Origin: the human T2T-CHM13v2.0 reference genome, Homo sapiens
DNA length: 64,000 bases
Assembly: GCF_009914755.1 (NCBI RefSeq)
Contig: NC_060947.1
Strand: one strand, 5' to 3'
How positions within the stretch are numbered: the stretch's first letter is position 1; every line of letters begins with the position of its first letter. A program made the position numbers and the translations under genes. A model generated the notes under the pieces. It saw only the letters and a program-made list of their open reading frames with translations. It was not told where the DNA came from and ran no database searches. Below are positions 57,710 to 64,000 of the stretch, piece by piece.

Positions 57710-59404
57710 TCCAAATCCTATTAGATGTGTACAGTAACTCTACTGTTATTCCTGGAAAAATATCTTTGCTTTGATGAATCTATGAGATTTCTAATATAAC
57801 AACATTCTTAGCTATTAAGACCCCTACTTAGAAGTTTGTTACCTTAGAAAGTTTTTCTTTATTCATGTACAAATTATATGCAGCAGTGGGAAGATGCATA
57901 TAATACCCTGCCCAGGTCACTAGCAAGGATATTGCACCAAAAGAACTTTCTAAGGTATGGCAGCAAGTAATTGACAAATTTTACATGTTTCGTATTCAAA
58001 ACCACATGTCATGAAAATTGTCAGGCATGTGCCTGTCTGTCTATCTCTTTCTCTGATCATTTCATCTTCCTTTTAAGCAATGATATTTGAATTCTTTATT
58101 TCTGAAAGATCTTTTATATTTAATTTGTCTGTATAAATTCACTTGGTGTGAAATTGAATGCAAAACCAGAACTTCTGAGCATGTACTTTTACTGATATTT
58201 TTCTTTCATTATATTTTTTGAGGAAATGACAATTTGGTAAGGGCTCAGATGCATCATAGCTACAAAAAGTATATCAGTACGTCATTATTTCTAAGAAAGC
58301 ACCTCATTTGGGAGGTGGCAGTGATTTCAAAATTAATGGTGCCTGAGGTACTTGTGATCTTTAATATAAAGCTATACTCCCTTGGGCTTGGTTTTGAATT
58401 GTTTTTTCAAGTGTCCCTTGGGCTTTATGTCTGATCCTCTTTCAGAATCTACCCTTGGTGTCAGGGCAGCTGTCATATTATCTTTTCTGGATTGTAGTTT
58501 CTGTGAAAATGACACAGTGCTTGTGGATGTTAGAGTTTGATGAATAAATCTCTTTATAAGGATGACCACTGTAGACACTTTTGAAACAGACTATGCTAAA
58601 TGAATAATAATCTGGGATATTGGAATATCAAATAATAGAACAATATAGTGATTACCTCCTAAAAGTGAGGCTAGATAAATCTATACATTGCATGTGTAAA
58701 TATGCAAGAGGTTTGATGAGAAATGCTCAGGCATTAAACCTATCTCCACCGAAGATTGCATTCTACTATGAATTGGTAGTAATTATAATTATCTCACCCT
58801 TGTCTGTATAGATTAGTCCCATCCAAAATGAAACTTGATAATGAATTCCTTTGATATCCGAGCTTCTTTTGGACTACCTGTATTCAGATTCATTTAGGTG
58901 GCATGTACAGGGAGTGAGCATGATTCTTAACTTAATCCAAGTCAGACAAAATAGAAGCTTATATATGTTTCAGAAGAATTGCTTCTAATCTGGTGTAGTG
59001 TTGTCAGATTTCTCATTACACATAATATTGGCATCATATGCTTGTCTGAGAAGTTCTGTGCTCTTTTTTTACAGTACAGGTGCCCTCTTTCCACTTTAGA
59101 TAGATTTTATAAAGAAAATGAAACATTTTTTAAGGATTATTTAATTTATGAACTAGTAACTAAAGCAGGTTGTGGAAATTTCTTGATTAGGAAGGAGAGA
59201 TCTGTGGGTAACATGCCTCCATGTAGAAAGGCTTTCAAATACATAAATGAACAATACAATATTCTGATACAATTATAAAGCATCACAATTATAACCAGAA
59301 GAGATAATTATTAAGCCTGGTACTCTGTGCACAAGAAAAGCAAACTGACATTTATGTACAGTTGAGCCTTGAACAAAGTGTGTTTGAACTGCCTGAGTCC
59401 ACTT

Positions 59405-60214
59405 CTTTAAGCAGGTTCCTGATCCTGTTCCTTCAGACTGGATGAGACCTCCCAACAGGGGTCCCCAGCCATCTACAGATGCATTGAGGCTGGCAATAGG
59501 TCAGTGCCCTACTGGGATGCAGCTTCCAGAGGAAGGGGCAGGCTGCCATCTTTGCTGTTTCTCAGCCTTCACTGGTGATACCTCCAGGTATGGGAATAAC
59601 TGAGGAAACTAGAGTCTGGAGGGCACTCACAGAAAACTGCAGCAGTACTACAGAAGAGTAGCCAGACAGCTAAAAGTAAAACAAACAAAAATCAACAACA
59701 ACAACCCACAAAAACCCCATCCAAAGGTCAGCAACCTCAAAGATTGAAGGTAGATAAGCTGTCAAAGATGATAAAGAATCAATGCAAAAATACTGAAAAC
59801 TCAAAAAGCCAGAGTGACCCTTTTTCTCTAAATGACCAAAACACCTCTTCAACAAGGGCTCAAAACAGGGCTAAGGCTGAGATGGCTGAAATGACAGAAG
59901 TAGCCTTCACAATGTGGATAATAACAAACTTCACTGAGCTAGAGGAGCATGTTGTAACCCAATGCAAAGAAGTTAAAAATCACGATAAAACAACACAGGA
60001 GCGGACAGCCAAAATTGCCAGTTTAGAGAGGAACATAATTGACATGTTAGAGCTGAAAAACATGCTACAAGAACTTCACAACACAATCACAAGTATTAAT
60101 AGCAGAATAGACCAAACGAATCTCAGAGCTTGAAGACTGGCTTTCTGAATTAAGAGCACATGTACCCCTGAACTTAAAAGTTGAAAATACAAAATAAAAA
60201 TAAAGTGTGAAAAT
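59405..60214 (+). mobile_element. Old L1PA (PA13-16-like): part of the 5'UTR and the ORF1 N-terminus fused to the extreme 3' end
   Basis: ORF1-like peptide (59744..60133), junction at 60155/60156 into gcacatgtacccctgaacttaaaag plus an A-rich tail, flanked by 72-bp direct repeats. Confidence 0.85.
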
Positions 60215-60240
60215 AAGAAAAGCAAACTGACACTTATGTG

Positions 60241-60993
60241 CAGTTGAGCCTTGAATAACGTGGGTTTGAACTTCATGAGTTCACTTATATGTGGATTTTC
60301 TTCTACCTCTGCCATCACTGAGACAGCAAGACTAACACCTCCTTTTTCTCAGCCTACTCAATGTGATGATGAGTAAGATGAAGACTTTTATGTTGATCCA
60401 CTTCTATTTAATTAATACTACATATATTTTCTCTTCCTTACGACTTTGTTTTTTTTTTTTTGGTTTTCTTTTTTTTTTTTTTTTTTGAGACGGAGTCTTG
60501 CTGTATCGCTCAGGCTGGAGTGCAGTGGCGCGATCTCGGCTCACTGCAAGCTCAAGCTCCGTCTCCTGGGTTCACACCATTCTCCTGCCTCAGCCTCCTG
60601 AGTAGCTGGGACTACAGGCACCCGCCACTACGCCTGGCTAATTTTTTGTATTTTTAGCAGAGACGGGGTTTCACTGTGTTAGCCCGGATGGTCTCAATCT
60701 CCTGACCTCGTGATCCACCCACCTTGGCCTTCCAAAGTGCTGGAATTACAGGCGTGAGCCACCGATGACTTTCTTAATAACATTTTCTTTTCTCTAGTTT
60801 GTTTCATTGTAAGAATATAATATATAATACATATTACATACAAAATCTGTGTTAATCAACTGTTTATCAGTTCAGCTTTAGTCAACAGTAGGCTATTCGT
60901 AGTTACATTTTGGGAGGAGGCCAAAGTTATACATGGATTTTGAACTGCAGTAAGGTCAGTGCCACTAGCCTCTGCTTTTTTAAGAGTTAACTG
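60241..60993. mobile_element. Tigger2a (MER28)-like DNA transposon containing an Alu
   Basis: Inverted termini cagttgagccttgaa ... tttaagagttaactg and Tigger2a-like internal sequence. Its first 46 bp are duplicated at 59359-59404. Confidence 0.88.
60448..60764 (-). mobile_element. AluY-like
   Basis: Y diagnostics (gcaagctccg, ttcacaccattctcc, gtgttagcc); TSD acgacttt/atgacttt. Confidence 0.93.
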
Positions 60994-62102
60994 TATTGTG
61001 ATTTGAGAGACACTGAATGATCTACCACTTCAAAATCAATTCTTCCATTGACCAAGAATAGTTCCCCAAATTCTCACAATGGCAATATTGTACTTAGTCT
61101 ATGGAGTGTCAGCATTAACATGTAAACATATTAACTAGATAAAGTAAGATATTCACTCATCAATAACATTCATTGTCACATTAGTATTTAAGTGTTTATC
61201 AAGCAGAGTTAATTATTGCCATAGAGGGAGTAATTCCTGAGGAAAATATGACCTGGGACAAGGATATTTTGGGAATAAAAGAGATATATAAATCATGGAT
61301 TATTTCTAGGGTAGACAGGTTCAAAATGAGCCATCCCTATTGGGATGAGCTACGGGGTGAGAAGGAGGGTACATTGGGCTGCCAGGTCCAAAGATGAAAA
61401 AAGGGAAGGAAGGTGAGCTGTGTCAAAGACTGACTTTTCCCTACATCCAATCCTCTCTTTATACAATTCCTGAGGAAACATGATAATCCATACATGTAAT
61501 GGTTCTCTCCAAACTCTTTATAGATTTTGAACTAGCTACTGGACCAAAGATTGTCATCAAAATGTGAATCACATATTGCTATGCATTTGGTTGAATCTTT
61601 TGAAGCAATTTTCTTAGAATGACAGAAATTTAGAACTGCTAGGGCCCTTAGAGAGCATCTACTCCCATGCTTTTCAAATTGTTTTTCCTGGAACCCTTTG
61701 CCCCTGAAAAAATTTCTTGGGGGCTCTATAAGGTGAAAGAGAAGGAATAACAGGGATAACACCAGATCCCCTACCTATAGTTCAGGTAGATCTGAGTTTG
61801 TTTGTTTTTAAGGGGATTCCCTTGGTTTAAAAAAATGGTTTAAAAAAACCACGAGTCTACTTTAATTTCTTCATTTAACAGAGGAAGAGTTTAAAGTAGA
61901 GTCAAACCTTCCTACTTCAGTATCCTATGGAAAGGCTAATCTCACTTAAATTGGAATTTTAAAATGCTGTTTAAGTATATCATATTAAAGATTGAGGTAA
62001 ATGGGTGCTAGTAAGCAGAATGAAGTAATTTAATGAGAAAAATTAAAATTCAGACTAACTCTACATAAAATAATGAACCACAATAAATGGAAGTTTTGAT
62101 TA

Positions 62103-62565
<463 letters not shown>

Positions 62566-62878
62566 TTACAAAGGAAAGCAGCATCTGCAAAGTTGTGCTT
62601 CATTAGGATTTTAATATGACATCTGAATTACCAAAATTTTTCTAACAGTGGCCACAGTTTTGTCCTCACTGTGTCTCACGAATACCCAACACAATGATGC
62701 CCCTGTGATTTCCTCATGACTTCATTCCATCTTAGGCTACCACTACTCTCTTCTTTGCTTCTCTGAATCTTACCCATTCTTCAAGATTCTATTAAAGTTC
62801 CATCTCCTCCAGGAAGTCTTCTCTGACCACCTCAGCCCTCACTAATCTTGCCTTCCTCTCAGTAATTAAAGCACTTCT

Positions 62879-63227
<349 letters not shown>

Positions 63228-64000
63228 TCACTTTGCACAGCACATACTGCCTTGTATTCTTCTTTGGTGTTGGTATATGTTTGTCCCGATTACCTTTCAG
63301 TGCTCCAACCACATAATGTACTTTTTTAAAAGTAGAAGCCATATTAAATCCTTTTTGATCCCATCTTCCTTAATGATAGCTTGTTTATAGTAAGTGATTA
63401 GTAAATTTTTTTTGGTTAACTGTTATCATCACTTTCTTTAAATAGTCTTAGAGAACTTAGTTATATTTAAGCATGCATCCCCATAAAATAAGGAATTGTA
63501 TATTTTTAGTTTTCAGATTCCTGTTAATTATGGTTTTTGGATTCTAAGATAATATGATTTAGTAAACAATATTCATGAGATTCAGCAGGAAATTCTGTAG
63601 GAACATAGAATTACTTTTCTAGTGCCTAGGTACTGTCTAAAATGCCCCTCAGCTTATTATGAATTTGTTCTGCTTCTGTCTTCTGAGTAATAAAAAAGGA
63701 AATGTTATAATTAACTATAAGAAAATATATATTATTCTAAAGGAAGCAATTTCTAAAGTGTATTTATATCCATCTCTGGACATATTTTGAGCCCAATTTG
63801 AATAGAAGATTATTACAGTCATCCAGCAAGACCCTTTATTCTAAGTAGTAACGGGTATTCTTAACAAATTTTCATTTTAAACCGACAGGAACTATTTCTT
63901 TTTCCCTGTAATTTCCTGACTTTGGGGTAAATATTCTATTTCTTTTAATCCTGGCAATGGTGTGGACATGCTTATAGGATTTACAGTTGAGAGTTGGAAA

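Overview
AT-rich primate (human/ape-type) genomic DNA, intergenic or deep intronic and dominated by interspersed repeats. It holds multiply nested LINE-1 elements (L1PA, L1PB, L1MA and older L1M), about 14 Alus, two full-length MaLR elements (THE1D, MST), solo LTRs (MER9, LTR8, MER4A1, LTR1, THE1D, MLT1, MLT2), Tigger/hAT DNA-transposon fossils, and MIR/L2/CR1 relics. I cannot support any protein-coding gene or structural RNA gene. The ORFs with recognisable products are decayed L1 ORF1/ORF2, Alu or LTR translations; the remaining ORFs are short with no recognisable protein. I found no new biological system. The notable items are unusual retrotransposition and repair products: an internally deleted L1 with a 72-bp target-site duplication (TSD), an L1 3' transduction with a third internal copy of its target site, a poly(A)-tailed orphan insertion of non-repeat sequence, two templated inverted-insertion scars, and a miniature MLT2 LTR. 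Family and subfamily names come from my recall of consensus sequences, not from a database search. Edges of old elements are approximate.
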